Shown in pieces: positions 12,701 through 54,745 of a stretch of DNA of 64,000 nucleotides (the stretch's first letter is position 1; every line of letters starts with the position of its first letter). This DNA is from Callorhinchus milii (lineage: Eukaryota): contig NW_024704743.1 in the NCBI RefSeq assembly GCF_018977255.1, positions 49,664,001-49,728,000 on the forward strand. Reading direction: 5' to 3'. Below the pieces are notes generated by a model. That model saw only the letters and a program-made list of their open reading frames with translations, was not told the origin of the DNA and ran no database searches. Position numbers and translations under genes: made by a program.

Positions 12701-15700
12701 CACATTTTGCAGGAACTCTTGATATCTCTCTTGTGGTTGTACTGCTGCTAATGAGTGTTTTTTCTACCCCACCTCTCCAGCCACTAGAGGTATATGTTGT
12801 TCTTAGGCTTTACTGTTTGCTGCATAGCTTTCAAATTGCTAAATATGTTCAGTTTTCAAGTCATTTGATTGTATTTTTTTAATGTTGTGGCTTTTTAAGA
12901 TCATCAGGTGGTTGTGGCTGGATAGACTCTTGGAAGTTTGCAAGTATATGGTTCAAAAACATTTTTGAATGGACTGTGCTTTCCAATGAATGAGAATTAT
13001 ACATGTGTGAAAGTGTTGGGATGCTGCACAATGTGATGTCCATCAAGGGCATGTTTCAGGCACCTGCCTTTTCTGGATTGATCTTTATGTATAATGTACA
13101 AAAAACAAAGCTTTGACCCTAGACTATATCGAGGCCTGGAAAGAGAAAAGGTCCTTTGGTTCATCAGGTCTGACACAGCCCATGAAAACCTACTCTATCA
13201 TGGATTTCACCCCACCCTACTCTATTTCCCTGGGTAACATAGGCTCAACCCAGGCCCTTGAGATAGTACAAAAGAGAGTAATGCAGATAATCCTCAGTGT
13301 TAGATGAATGAGCTATGAGTAATGATTAGACAAGCTAGGTCTCTTCAGTCTTGAAAGGCGACATCTCAGAGGGGACTTTATAGAGGTGTACATCATTTTA
13401 AATAGGATTGAATAGTAAACTTAGAAGAGTACTCTAGAACAACAACTTACATTTATATAGCACGGGGTAATGATTAAACAAATGATTAAACATGATCATG
13501 TGGGGTAGGTTCCTGGAGCGCTTCACAGTGCTGGAGTCTGACAATGAGGCAGGGGGAGAGGGAGGGGGGAAGAGGATCTTGAATTTGATCTGTTTGGTGA
13601 TTGGAAGCCAGTGGAGGCCTGGCAAGGACAGATGGGGATGTATGAAGGCTGTATGAATACTTCAGGATGTATGAAGACAGTAGACCAAGAACAGTAGGTT
13701 TAGAGTTGCAAACCTCTGGGAGATTTTGTCCATCAATTATGTCATCAGCTTTCAAGCTTCAGAAGTAGACCTGGCAATATCAAGTGTTTATGAGCAATTT
13801 AAGCACTGATGTCAGTGTTCTCTCATATTATCAAAGGCGTAATTTGGCATAAAATCTCAGATGATATAGTGCACAGGGAATAGTGCTTTATATTGAAACT
13901 TCAAAGGCATTTAGTCTCAAAGACATCACCGTTACTAATGCTTTTATGTATATTGAAAGCATTTAGATTAGCTTTTACCAAGACTCTCACATCCAGCACA
14001 AATGCAGCCCTCACGTACATATATGGAGATTTTCAACGGCTGCGACTGTAATATCAATTTATATCTCAGCAGTGAGAATAATATCTTATGTTACAAGCAT
14101 AAATTACAATGAAGCGGTTGTATAGGTTATTTCTATAAGGGATGTTTTGTTTATACCATAACAATATGAATCTGTACTATTTGTGTGAAGTATTACTGCA
14201 AACCTCTGGGAGATTTTGTCCATCAATTATGGGAGTGTTCAAACTGGAGATTGAGACTCAGGAGAGATCTTATTAATGTATTCAAGATCCTAAGAAAATA
14301 GATAGAGAATATGTAGAATAGACTACTTTGTGAGGCAATGGAGGCAAATTGTGTCAGCAAATGCAAAAGGGAATTAGGCAATTCTTTGTTTAAGAAATCG
14401 ATTGAGGGATGTGAAAGTGATGGTGTGGGTTTGCAACTTTTACTTTGGAAGTTTCAGGTCCTGTAAAAGCCGATATATTTGTGAATATTGTGTGCAAATT
14501 AGCTGCCTTGCTTGCCTCCAAATGACACAGCCACTAAGCACTACAGAAAGCCCTGCAAATCACTTTGCAACTTCTCAGCGATGTGATAAAGCGCTATATC
14601 AAATATAAGGATGGTTATTAATAATAACTACGCATTCACTTCATTCCCATTAGATCTTATTAATTCTACATTTGCACTTGGCAGGAAGTTACCCGTGCTC
14701 ACAAGGGTTGGGCCCTGGACAGTGTGGTGCTGTGCAACGAGGTCACCAAATGGATGAAGGATGACATCACAAGCCCCCCTTCGGAAGGGCTCTATGCCTA
14801 TGGCTTGTACCTGGAAGGAGCTGGTTGGGACAGACGCAATTCAAAACTCATTGAATCCAAACCCAAAGTGCTGTTTGAGCTGTTGCCAGTCATACATATC
14901 TCAGCTCAGAATAACCTGAGTAAGTACTCCTGCACTTTTAATACTTGTAGCTTTTAAAAGTTCGTCAACCATGGTAGGTATAACAACCAATCCTGATCCT
15001 GGCCTCAAGAAAAATCCCGCAATATGCACTTTCCAGCAGAATTCAGTGGATAATAACAGGGAACAGAAACCCTGGCTGATTGCTTCCCTTCCCTTTTTTC
15101 TCTTCCACTCTCTCTCCACCAACCCCCAGCTCTAGGGCATTTGGCTAAGTTATAGTATCTTTATTTAATCAGGAAAGGAAAGAAACCAGTCTATTTGGGA
15201 AGTTCAAAATGAAAGTCATGTATTATATAAATAAAAGGTAATCTCCCCAGTGGCTTAACCACCACAGAATGTAACACTTGAATTTGCAAAGAGGGAATTG
15301 TAGAGCAGAAGGTGTTCATTAGAAGAACAAAATATTTAAAGGGAAGACACAATCCAGCTCTTTAAAATGCTGAGAGTTTAAATGATTGTCTGTTTAACTT
15401 AGAAAGTGGGGGAAGGACAAACATCTAGGTTTAGAATGAATAAGCCTCCAATGTGACTAGACATTCATTATAAGAAATAGTTTTACTACAGAAATGTAGA
15501 AAATACACCATGAGAAGTTATTGATTCTGTGCTGATTAAATGAGTGGAGGAGCAACATCAGCACAGGAACACTGGCCCAAATGGTTGCCTTCTGGATTTA
15601 AATATCTATGAATTTGTGTTTAATGTACCTTAAAAGGAGCTTCATGAATATCCACGCTGAAATGATCAAATACTCAGTGGGACTGTGGTCTTTGACTTGG

Positions 15701-16503
15701 AAAGGGAGAGGTGGTATCAAAGTTAAATAGTAGAGATTTACAGTTCAGTGCAAATTTACTTTTATACAGTAGCTTTCATATTGGGAGGATGTCCCGAGGT
15801 GCTTCAAGATTTTGTTGAAGATTTTGATTACCTTTTGGAGCAAGAAATATTTTTGCAGAAATTTCCCTTGGGATATTAAATGAGTCTGGATCCATTGCAG
15901 TCTTGAGAAGGAGTGGACCTCATGGGTCAAATGAATCTTTTTAATTCCATGTTTTTTAAATTGTTCTTTTTCAGATGTGATGAAGCCTTCTAAAATTCCT
16001 TGACACCCACTGCTGCAGGCACTTTATAGTAGTTTGCAAATCTTGTATGTTACATGCATACACATAGCTGCATGTCCCTCACCCCCTCCACCCCACCATC
16101 AGTGGCCAAGCCTTCTGGAATTCTCTCTCCAAGTCTCTCTGCCTCATGCCACTCTTTTTGTCCTAATACCTTCTTAAAATCTATCTATTTGACTTTGCCT
16201 ACAGTCACCTCCTTCCTCACTCTCTGCTCAGTGTCTGGCACAGCCTCTGTAAATTGCTTTGAGAAGTTACCTTACAAGAAAGATCCTATATAAATGGAAA
16301 TTGTTAAATTTGCCCGGTTCCAAATAACAGCATATGTTATCTCTCTCACAGGTGCAAAAGATTCCCGATTATATTCATGTCCCATATACAAAAAGCCAGT
16401 CCGGACTGACCTGAACTACATAGCTGCAGTGGACCTAAGGACAGTTCAGACGCCTGAGCATTGGATCCTACGAGGAGTTGCACTTCTTTGTGATGTCAAA
16501 TAA
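516..16503 (+). CDS. DNAH5: Dynein axonemal heavy chain 5, 3' part: join(516..761,2762..2981,5572..5777,7247..7450,8600..8815,9542..9754,12423..12575,14685..14919,16352..16503); 5'-partial, 614 aa
   Basis: Nine exons with AG/GT boundaries and matching phases splice into one open frame (1845 nt). It contains dynein heavy chain AAA6/C-terminal motifs ([64 protein letters not shown]) and ends in [11 protein letters not shown], as I recall for DNAH5. Confidence 0.92.
870..1303 (+). mobile_element. Old tRNA-derived DeuSINE-type SINE (SacSINE1-like), degenerate
   Basis: Degenerate tRNA head, 'cttcagatgagacgttaaa' body, 'ttgctgtg..aaattg' core, hairpin tail and (TTA)-rich end. Confidence 0.7.
1537..1930 (+). 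mobile_element. Old DeuSINE-type SINE
   Basis: 'ggttcagttggtaacactc' head, 'gggcaaattggctgctgtgtt' core, hairpin tail. Confidence 0.7.
2114..2700 (-). mobile_element. Young L2-clade LINE 3' fragment, 5'-truncated
   Basis: ORF2 C-terminus ([12 protein letters not shown]...[13 protein letters not shown]...[15 protein letters not shown]), C-rich 3' UTR, terminal hairpin, (GTT)n tail. Confidence 0.88.
2762..2981 (+). CDS. DNAH5: DNAH5 exon ([15 protein letters not shown]...GLKRNFC)
   Basis: ttcag|GGC acceptor, G|gtaagt donor, 220 nt, phase 0/1. Confidence 0.93.
3023..5260 (-). mobile_element. Degenerate L2-clade LINE (~2.2 kb, RT region to 3' end)
   Basis: Frameshifted fragments [56 protein letters not shown]; (GTT)n tail at 3023-3034. 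Confidence 0.88.
5572..5777 (+). CDS. DNAH5: DNAH5 exon ([10 protein letters not shown]...LDDMNIKK)
   Basis: aacag|GA acceptor, AAG|gtacag donor, 206 nt, phase 1/0. Confidence 0.93.
7247..7450 (+). CDS. DNAH5: DNAH5 exon ([23 protein letters not shown]...YLQYIQ)
   Basis: acaag|GGT acceptor, CAG|gtttgt donor, 204 nt. Confidence 0.92.
7631..7967 (+). mobile_element. tRNA-derived SINE, long subfamily, 5'-truncated
   Basis: 'gcagggcgaaacctt' linker, extra internal segment, Deu-like core, (TTA)n tail. Confidence 0.82.
7979..8245 (-). mobile_element. tRNA-derived SINE, short subfamily, 5'-truncated
   Basis: Reverse complement matches the 36249-36571 copy. Confidence 0.85.
8600..8815 (+). CDS. 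DNAH5: DNAH5 exon ([14 protein letters not shown]...DYIPFE)
   Basis: tgcag|AGT acceptor, GAG|gtagga donor, 216 nt. Confidence 0.93.
9542..9754 (+). CDS. DNAH5: DNAH5 exon ([21 protein letters not shown]...IPARWKK)
   Basis: gtcag|GTC acceptor, AAG|gtaatt donor, 213 nt. Confidence 0.93.
11020..11361 (+). mobile_element. CR1-clade LINE 3' fragment
   Basis: 'agggagaaattatttcctctggtgg...tggaatgcattg...gaatggcct..ttct.tgctgtaagattcta' 3' end, homologous to 26700-27088. Confidence 0.75.
11362..11674 (+). mobile_element. Full-length young tRNA-derived SINE (short subfamily) abutting a CR1 tail
   Basis: A box TAGCTCAGTGG, core, hairpin with TAGAA loop, (TTA)n. Confidence 0.9.
11791..11973 (+). mobile_element. 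Non-LTR reverse transcriptase remnant (RTE/RTE-X-like)
   Basis: [13 protein letters not shown]...GLGALVPG...[12 protein letters not shown] resembles LSPxLFxxFIND...LLFADD RT motifs. Confidence 0.55.
12423..12575 (+). CDS. DNAH5: DNAH5 exon ([16 protein letters not shown]...FLTAMRQ)
   Basis: ttcag|ACA acceptor, CAG|gtaatg donor, 153 nt. Confidence 0.93.
13437..13650 (-). mobile_element. L2 3' fragment with internal deletions and an inserted local sequence
   Basis: [16 protein letters not shown] peptide and (GTT)n tail. Confidence 0.7.
14685..14919 (+). CDS. DNAH5: DNAH5 penultimate exon ([12 protein letters not shown]...ISAQNNL)
   Basis: ggcag|GAA acceptor, A|gtaagt donor, 235 nt, phase 0/1. 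Confidence 0.92.
16352..16503 (+). CDS. DNAH5: DNAH5 last coding exon ([16 protein letters not shown]...LLCDVK*)
   Basis: cacag|GT acceptor, phase 1, TAA at 16501-16503. Confidence 0.94.
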
Positions 16504-17252
16504 ACATTGTTGAATACAAAATGAGGATTCATTTTTTGGCATTTTATTGATATTAATAATCAGCTTACAAATGAAGCTTTTCAGTTTTATAGAAAATTAA
16601 TTTTAAAATGTTTCATATTAAAGTACAGGAAAGCATCGTTGATGCAATTTAGACAGAATTTGTAATCTAAATTGATGTGTGAATAGATGAAGAGCAATTC
16701 AAAGTTGTGTAAGTTAAGTGATTCAATTTTGACTGAGAAAGTACATCACATTATCTGGTATATTAGCTATCTGTCCAGATTCTTAATCGATTGAAAATGT
16801 TTCATTACTTCTGTGTTGGTGATATATTTCCATTCTCCTGGCCAAATTCACATAAGCTTAAAAACAATTTTTAATAGGTTTACAGACAAAAAGGAGTGGT
16901 TCCGAGCTTTACAATTTCAAGATTATGCCAGATTTACATCTGAAAAACAAATGTATCTTTGTCTTAAAACTGCTGTAAATGGTTTCTGTATGCCAAAGTA
17001 ATACAATTTATCTTTATATTGGTACTTTCAAATTATATTTTAAAGTGGAGTTATCTGTAAAAGACAAATTCATAAAAGGAAGTTGCAGCAGTGAATAAAC
17101 CTTCAATAATGTTGAAAGAAACAGTTGAGATTGGATTAATCTGTTAAAGCTGTTCTCTAATCCAAGTTTAAATGCAGACTGATTGTTAAATCAATTTATT
17201 AGTAAAAACCTAATCAATATTTCACCCATTTAGGACAGATATAGTTACACAA

Positions 17253-17258
17253 AATAAA
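17253..17258 (+). promoter_or_regulatory. Candidate polyadenylation signal of DNAH5 (alternative AATAAA at 17094-17099)
   Basis: AATAAA about 750 nt after the stop, followed by GT/T-rich sequence; motif only. Confidence 0.4.
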
Positions 17259-18471
17259 TGTTTCAGTTTTAAAATAGTGATTTTGGTTATATTTTACATA
17301 AATGTCTGTGATTTAATGCTATGAAGTTTTATCTCTCCCTGCCTTTCAAATTTCAATGCAAAATCCATCTATACCACTATAGAATTTATCTGTTTTCACC
17401 ACTAGGCCTCTTATCGAATGCAATCTGTGTACTGGAGAAAGTGCAACCGACTCCTGGACAGAATTCAGAACAAGAGTGAATAGAAGCCTCAGTGGGCATG
17501 TAGTGAAATCAGTGGGCTATCAGCACTGAGGCATATTTGTAAACAGACAGACACCATGAATCATCTCACATTCAATAACAGCATGAACTTACCCCGAATA
17601 GCAGTAGAGAGACAAAAGAGCAAAATAACTAACCATTCAGTGCACAGTGTAAACTTCACTGGAAAAGAGAGAACCATGGCCTTCTAGCATTCAAAACTAT
17701 TTCATGTGTAAATTCAAAGCATGATTCATTTAGAATTCATACAACAATATGACACCTATGGTAAAAATAATCCTTGCATTTGGTATAGCGCCTTTCACTT
17801 CAAAGCACTTCACAGGATTTTACTGTAAGGTATAGTGATTATTTATTGTTAGACGAATGCTGCAGCCAATTTATGCACAGCAATGTCTCACAATCAACCT
17901 TGAAGTGAATGACCAATTTTATTTGGGGAAATTGTTGGCCAGGACACCAGGAGGAACTCTCATCTCTCTCATCCAAGGTGTTACTCTGCATGAAGACGCT
18001 ATATAAATGCAAGTTGTTATTTGTTGTTGTTGAATAGTTCCATGGGATTGTTAGCATCCACCCTAAACAGGCAGACAGAACCTCAGTTTAATGTCTCAAT
18101 AACTGTAATAATTTATATTTCATCATGCGAATGTGTTAATTTCTCCAGTACACAAATTGCATTCAATAGAGGACGTCTTAAACTCGTCACTGTTCGTCAA
18201 GTTCACTGGGAGCCCAAGTAAGAGTTGAGGGTGGTGAAAGGTGGCTGAAAAGTGTGGTCAAGAGCAAAAGGGCTTAAGATGGGATTTCGAAGATGGAAAT
18301 GGAAGGGTGAGATGGAGGGCCTCTGGGATGGAGTTCCAGAGAACAGAAACAGAATGCCTGAAAACTTGCCCACCGATGGTGAGTTGTGTGAGGCGAAGAA
18401 ACTGATCAAAACTAAGTATTTCCAATTATATTTTTAAAACTTTAACTTGAAAACCTTTTTAGTTGGGTGAT

Positions 18472-18851
18472 AGCCTGGTTTAGTTGGTAGCACTCTCACT
18501 TTTGAGCCAGAAGGTTTGGGGTTCACCACATCAGGATTTTGAACAGTCTCGGCTGGCAATGATGGGGTCATGCTGCTTGTTGTTCAACGTCATTCAGATG
18601 AGACATTGAACAGAGGTTAAGATCCCATGACACTATTCAAAAAGAGAAGAGAGTTTTGCTTGACGTCTTGGCCACCAATACCCAGATAAATTGATCATTT
18701 CCTTCATGGGTGTTTATAAGACAATGCTGTTCGTAAATTGGCTACCACATTCACCTACAAATACACTCATCTCACCACAGTAAAATATTGCAAAGTGCTT
18801 TGAGACATCTCAACAGCGTCATGATACTATATCAAATGCAAGGAATATTAG
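18472..18851 (+). mobile_element. Old DeuSINE-type SINE
   Basis: 'agttggtagcactctcactt.tgagccagaagg' head, core and tail. Confidence 0.72.
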
Positions 18852-20579
18852 TTTTCTTTTCTACATCTATGTGTCCTTGCTAATTTTTGTGCTGCAGCAT
18901 TAAACTGAAAACTCTAAACAATTGTTCTCACTGGCATTATTTAATACACTGAATAAATTCAAAGATTCTAACCTTGTACATAATTTTCATCATGCTACGT
19001 GAAACGAAGATAATGCAGTCTTCAAAAAATTTTTTACAGATGGGTAATATTTCAAGATCTTTCCTAACCCTTTTTCACTAAACAAATATTGTATAATAAA
19101 ATATTTAGAAACTCGAGGTATTTGGGGAGTGTTAGAATGTGGATGCACTGATATCTGCAGAAGTTTTTCATTGTCAGCAGAAACAACTCATGTGTTATCA
19201 ACCCATTGAAATGCTCCTGTTTATTCTGCACTGCTGAAGGCCAAACGGCTGATGAGGATACTTTGAGGGTTGTGTTGGCAGTTGTTGGAAGGCATTATCA
19301 ATCAATGGTAGGATGTGTGTCCGAGTTGTGGGCAGGAGGATGGTGTCAATGCTCTCATGCATTTCATGCTGAGCTGTTGCCCACAAGTACCCCTGGTACC
19401 TGCTAGTGCAGACTCAAATCTTTGCTTGTCAGATGTCAAATGATCTAGTGATGAGCCTCCTGGCAGGATGTAAGTAGAGTCTCTTTGGAGCTATGCTGGC
19501 TCCAAGGTGACACACCTGGTAATGGAATATCTGAATTACATCCTCTATGATGATCTTGTTACTCCTATTCCTGAGTCAGTCAGGTGCATAGTACGCCAAG
19601 ACATTATCGATGATAGACTGGCCAGCCTGGCACATTGGCAGGACTGAAAGGGGCAAAATGATGACAGGGTTGGGGATTCTTCCTATTCTGGTCCTGGGAA
19701 CCCTGCAAGCCAAAGCCCTTAATGGATAGGGTGGTGTAGCTGAAAAAGCAATAGCAAGCTAATGTAGTTAGCTAGCTGGTTAAACCAGGGTCTCTGAGTA
19801 TTGGGTTCCTGTCAACCTACACCTAATATTTACTGGAAATTTGGTAAACAGGGTGCGGTTCTCCAGGAAGAAAGTACACATTTCCAGATGAATGGGAAAT
19901 TTGCATATTTGATCTGCCAAATGTATGTGGAACTCTTTCAGTTTGGATACTCTTAAGCATGGTAATGGGTTCTGCGTCAGGCTCCCAATTTACCCTAAAA
20001 TGTTTATTTTGCAAGATTCTAGCAGCTTTATCTGAGAGGAATGCTGCGGAACTGGAGTTTATATCAGTCATGTGCAGACGTAAAAATAATTGGATCATTT
20101 ATAGATATGATGTTGAGCAGAAATGAGATTGGGAAATTCACTGATCTACCGTATATGTCATGCATTGTTGAGAATACTTTAATACATATTGGAGCTCCAA
20201 AGTATGGTGATGTCAAACTGAATTCTTTAATAAGAAATCTGATTAGGATTTCTTCTGGTAAATGGGCACTGTTTGAATAAAGTGTAATCAGGGAGTAAGA
20301 CAAATTAGACAATAAGAAATTATCTATACTTTGTCAAAAAACATGATAAAGTGCAATTTTAATACACTGGCAAAAACAATAATCTTTGCATTTTGCATTG
20401 GATATAGTGATTATCATGTCGTTGAGATGTCTCAAAGCGCTTTGCAGGATTTGCACTGTGAAGTGTGGTGACTGCATTTGCACAGAGCAATGTCACAGAA
20501 ACAATGACATTTCCAATCTGAAATGAAATATCGTGGAAAAGAACCCAACAGAAGATTGGAGCTCCTGAGACAAAAATAA

Positions 20580-20915
20580 GAGACAAGCTAGGGCTCTTCA
20601 ATCTTGAGAGAAGACCCAACTCATAGAGATGGAAAACGTAAATCCAGATCAGTATTTTAGGATGTATCAAGACAATATAACAAGAAGACATAAGTTTAGA
20701 GTTGCAAAGTGTAATTTCAGGACAGATACCAGGAAGTTTTTCTTTATGCAAGGGGATCAACGACTGGGACAGGTTGCCAGGAAAGTTGGTAGAGCCCAGG
20801 ACACTGGACTTATTTAAAAAGCAGCTTGATGCAGTGATGGTGGGGTGAGTGTTCTGGAGGGATGAGATTGGATGGTCCAAAGGGCCTTCTTCATCCAGAC
20901 CAATCCTGTGATCTT
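20580..20915 (+). mobile_element. CR1-clade LINE 3' fragment
   Basis: Peptide TRRHKFRV...FRTDTRKFFF and 'gatggtccaaagggccttcttc' 3' UTR. Confidence 0.65.
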
Positions 20916-21428
20916 GTGAAGTACGATAGCCACGAGATATATGAAAGCCGGAGAATCTGAATGAAATGAGATTTTCTTTTAATGCATCAATCTTTGAAAT
21001 ACAGAACCTTAGGAATATACAAGAAATATTTACATTTAGATGGATGCAATCTTTGGATGCAATTAAATAAAACCCCAAACATGGTACAAATTTCTATTCA
21101 AATAGATTAACAGTTATGAAATGCAAGAATTAAGAAAAAACACAGTCACAATTGGAAAGAATGAAAGTAATCATAACAAATAATATCGTCTTCAGTGAGT
21201 GTGGCATTTTTACAGGGGCTGGAATAAAAACTGCAAACTGCTTGCGAGCAGGAAGAGTTGCTAAAATCTATCTAATAATCTGCAGTGAATGAACCTTCAA
21301 TGTGTGGAAGCACAGAAACGCATGCAGGTGTAGGTGTTGGAGGGAATTCAGTGCTTCACTTCCATTTTTACAAGTACTTAGGACTGAAAGTAGCATACTA
21401 GTGTGGGGTTTATTTGTACTCAACCTTT

Positions 21429-21640
21429 CAACAACAACAACAAGATTCCATTTATAGAGTGCCTTTCACATCGGGAGGACGTCCCAAGGCACTGGACAGT
21501 TGAGTCAGGACCCGAGCAGGGGGGAAATGGTCAGGGTGAGGGGAGGGAAGGGAGAGGGCGAGGAGGGGGTAGAGAGTTGAGAGGGGAGCTGAAGGCACGG
21601 TCAAAGAGTAAGGTCTTGAGACCGGCCTTGAAGGAGGAAA
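21429..21640 (-). mobile_element. Young L2 3' fragment, same family as 2114-2700
   Basis: Near-identical to 2114-2328. Confidence 0.88.
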
Positions 21641-23289
21641 CCATAACTCAATTTGACTTAAACTTAGAATGTTGAATCAGGGTATTTTGTGTGTGTGCAG
21701 TATCAAAAACTCTTTCTGGGACTTCTTGCTCGTGCCCAAGTTTGAGAGAGGAGCTCTCACAACTAGTATCCTCCAAGTTCTTCTGTCACGTACAATCCAT
21801 GCTTTGGGTTGTTTCATCTTACCGCCTTATAGCAGGCTTTGGTGCCACTAAGGACAAAGTACTGTTGTAAATATTGTTGTTTCTATTTTGGGAATATTTG
21901 TAAAAAAAAGGTAGATTTTTAATAAAAACTGTCGGTACGGTATGTACAATAGCAAAAATAAATGTTTGGTCTAAACTCACTATCCCGGTTCTAGATATTG
22001 ACCCAGTTATACCTTAATATTAGCACCTTGAGACATCCTCCCAACATGAAAGGCGCTACACAAATGTAACTTTATCGTATTTGTATTAATATTGCCTCAG
22101 TTGTAGACCAGTTCTTATCAAGTTGAGAAATTCCTTCTCAGCAATGCTTCATGTCACAGGCTGGTTACATGACGGAGAGATAATAGCCTCATGTACCCAA
22201 TGAAAAACACCTTTATCTCAATTTCATGATATTTTATCTTTCAGTTTTTCCAAATTTAATTTATAACCTATTCCAATTGGATCATACGGTGGGTACTGAG
22301 CAGGTGAACTTATAGCAGGTGAACATCCTACCTTTAATAAAAGGATATAGAAATCAAAACGTCCTTGTCTGGGCTATAGATAGGGACTGTAGTATAGTTC
22401 TGTGCCTTCCTTTATAACGCATGATTACAACTCTAATTTATCCCTTTGAAAACCAACATCATAGTGGCAATAGTTTAATCTGGATGGGTGAGTAGTCTCA
22501 GTTGCCATTGAGTTGTTAGTCCAGATCATTATGACAGATAGCATATTTTTCACACAAAGGGTCATTAACAGCTGGAAATGGTTACCAGGAATGGTGGTTG
22601 AGGCTAGGACTGTACCAAATTCAGAAATAGTTTGATACTCTATTGGGAAGATAGTAGGTTTGGCATTCTGGAAGGATGTGATCAAATGGGCTGAAGGGTT
22701 TCTTCTTCTGAACCTATCTTATGATCTATTCCTGATATATAGGTCAAGAGGCCTTTCTCCTTGCCGTGACTTAGGTGATCGAGATGTTCCCATTTAGATC
22801 AGGAAGCCTGGAATTCAATCATTGTCAACCCTCCACTTGTGTGGTGGAGCCTGAGTTTGACGGCTACACGTTCCTGAGAGCCAGGGAGCCAATGTAACTA
22901 TCAGGGGACAGTGAAAATACAGGGCCACATGTGACCACACAGGCAGATTTCAGGGAGGCTTGAGAATGTTGTGATTGACCTTTGAGATGGATATTTGATA
23001 TAAATTAGAGACAGAGCCAAATGTCAGCTTGGTAAATGTATTCACCCTTTGTAATATGTGCTTATCATGGGATTTGACCCCAAGAATAAACCCCTTTAGA
23101 TGTAATGCTGAAAAATTATAATTAAAGGGACATTGTCCAGTGGGAGTTAGTTCTTCTGAGGTGCTATCATCCATTTGAAGCCATATGATGTTACCTGTCT
23201 GAGATATGTTCTCTGGAATAATGTCATTTGAATAGTCAGGATGATCTTATCAAGACAGATAGTCTATCATTGTTTTTTTTGCAAAAACG

Positions 23290-23295
23290 TTTATT
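23290..23295 (-). promoter_or_regulatory. Candidate polyadenylation signal of RSPRY1-like gene
   Basis: AATAAA on the - strand about 400 nt after the TGA; motif only. Confidence 0.4.
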
Positions 23296-23693
23296 GCAAC
23301 AAGGTTAGTTATTTAGCATAAGAAGTGCACAGGTGCTTCCTGTCCTGAGTTACATCAACTCTTCTCAATATAAAACTGAAATGCCTTAAAGATCTTGTGG
23401 CATTTGTACCAATTTCTAGCAACAGCATCATTACACCAATGGACAAGTACGAAGATCAACCAATGTTGACAATGAAATTTCAGGAATCACATCATCGTAA
23501 ATTAGATTTAGTTGAGATTTATCATTATCAGTTACAAACTAACAAAAGCTAACTTGTGGTGAATATTTTTGCAAAGAATATAGCTTTCTGGTCTTTTGGC
23601 ATATTGCAGTTGTGAAGTTAGTGCTGTTGAAAATAGATTTATAAACCTTCCATGGAGATCGCTGAAACACTTGAAAAGAAAAAGCAGTGGCCC

Positions 23694-53525
<29,832 letters not shown>

Positions 53526-53899
53526 CTGAAAGAGAAAAGATTTTCATTAACCATCCGCATGTTACAGAAGTCACAGCTTCTTACTTTCATACTGCAATCA
53601 ATCTCAGATCCATCGTTAGCCATTAGAAAGTAGTAACTGACCCATCTTTCTTGTATAAATTACAATAATAAAGTGTAGTCATAATAATAATCTTAGATTA
53701 CAATGTGGTACATGAGGGAGATGGGAATAGAGGGGTATAGAAAAGGAATAGTGGGGAGTATAAACGCTGGCGAGGACTAGATAGACTGAATGGCCTATTA
53801 CTGTGCCATACCACTCTATGTATCTCTATGTACCCTTATCCATGTCTAATACATAGATACTGTATTTGGTCAGAAACAAATATAGCATTGCTATTGTTG

Positions 53900-54745
53900 T
53901 TAAAGTGCTGTATCTGCAGATAAATGTAGCGGCCAATTTATGCATAGCAATTCCCACAAACAACCATGAAGTGAATGACTAATTTTATCTGGTCTGGCGA
54001 AGCTCCTTTCTCTTTTTGAATAATACCATAAGATCTTTAAATGTCTACCTGAACTGGCAGATGTAACTTTGGCTTACAGTTTCAAAAGAAGAAAAGCATT
54101 CCAATCATGTACTGTTCTTCCAAAACTGTACTGAGAGCTTTGAGCTTAAAGTGCCAATGTGGGGCTTGAACCCTTAACCTTCTGATCCACAGGTGAGAGT
54201 TTGACCCATTGAACCAGATTGACACTGCTAATATAATGTAAACAGCTCTAGACCATAAGCTGACCACAGTTACTGAAATACCATGACAGAAGAGAGGTCA
54301 ATAGTACTACTACCAATAATAATAATGATTGCATTTGGTATGGTGCCTTTTACATTGGGAGAACATCCCAAAGTGCTTCACAGAATATACTATAAAGTGC
54401 AATTGCTGGGCATTTGTAGATGAATGCACCAGCCCAAATACGCACATTAATGTCCCACAAACAACCATGAAACTAATCACCAATTTTATTTGAGGGATTG
54501 TCGACCAGGACCCCTGGAGAAACTCCCTTTTGGATTTGAGTAGTGCCATGGGATCTATAATGCCCACCTGAAGAGGCAGAAGGGACCTTGGTTTAATGTC
54601 TTATGTGAAGGACGGCACCTTTGACAATGCAGCATAGCCTCAGCATTGGATTTGAGTGTCATTTTAGATTGTGTGAGTTCAAGTTGTGACATAGGGCTTG
54701 AATCCACAACCTGACTTAGAGGTGAAAGTTCTACCGACTGAGCCA
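53900..54745 (-). mobile_element. Two tandem old DeuSINE-type SINEs (~53900-54226 and ~54315-54745)
   Basis: Each has a degenerate tRNA head, 'gatc..atgg.a.ta.tcaaa' body and core. Confidence 0.72.

Noticed and set aside
516..16503. DNAH8 instead of DNAH5
   Set aside because: The C-terminus [24 protein letters not shown]...LLCDVK fits DNAH5 better as I recall the two proteins; a DNAH5-like paralogue cannot be excluded without a tree.
20359..21078. 239-aa minus-strand ORF
   Set aside because: Runs antisense through a CR1 fragment and a SINE remnant; no recognisable protein motif.
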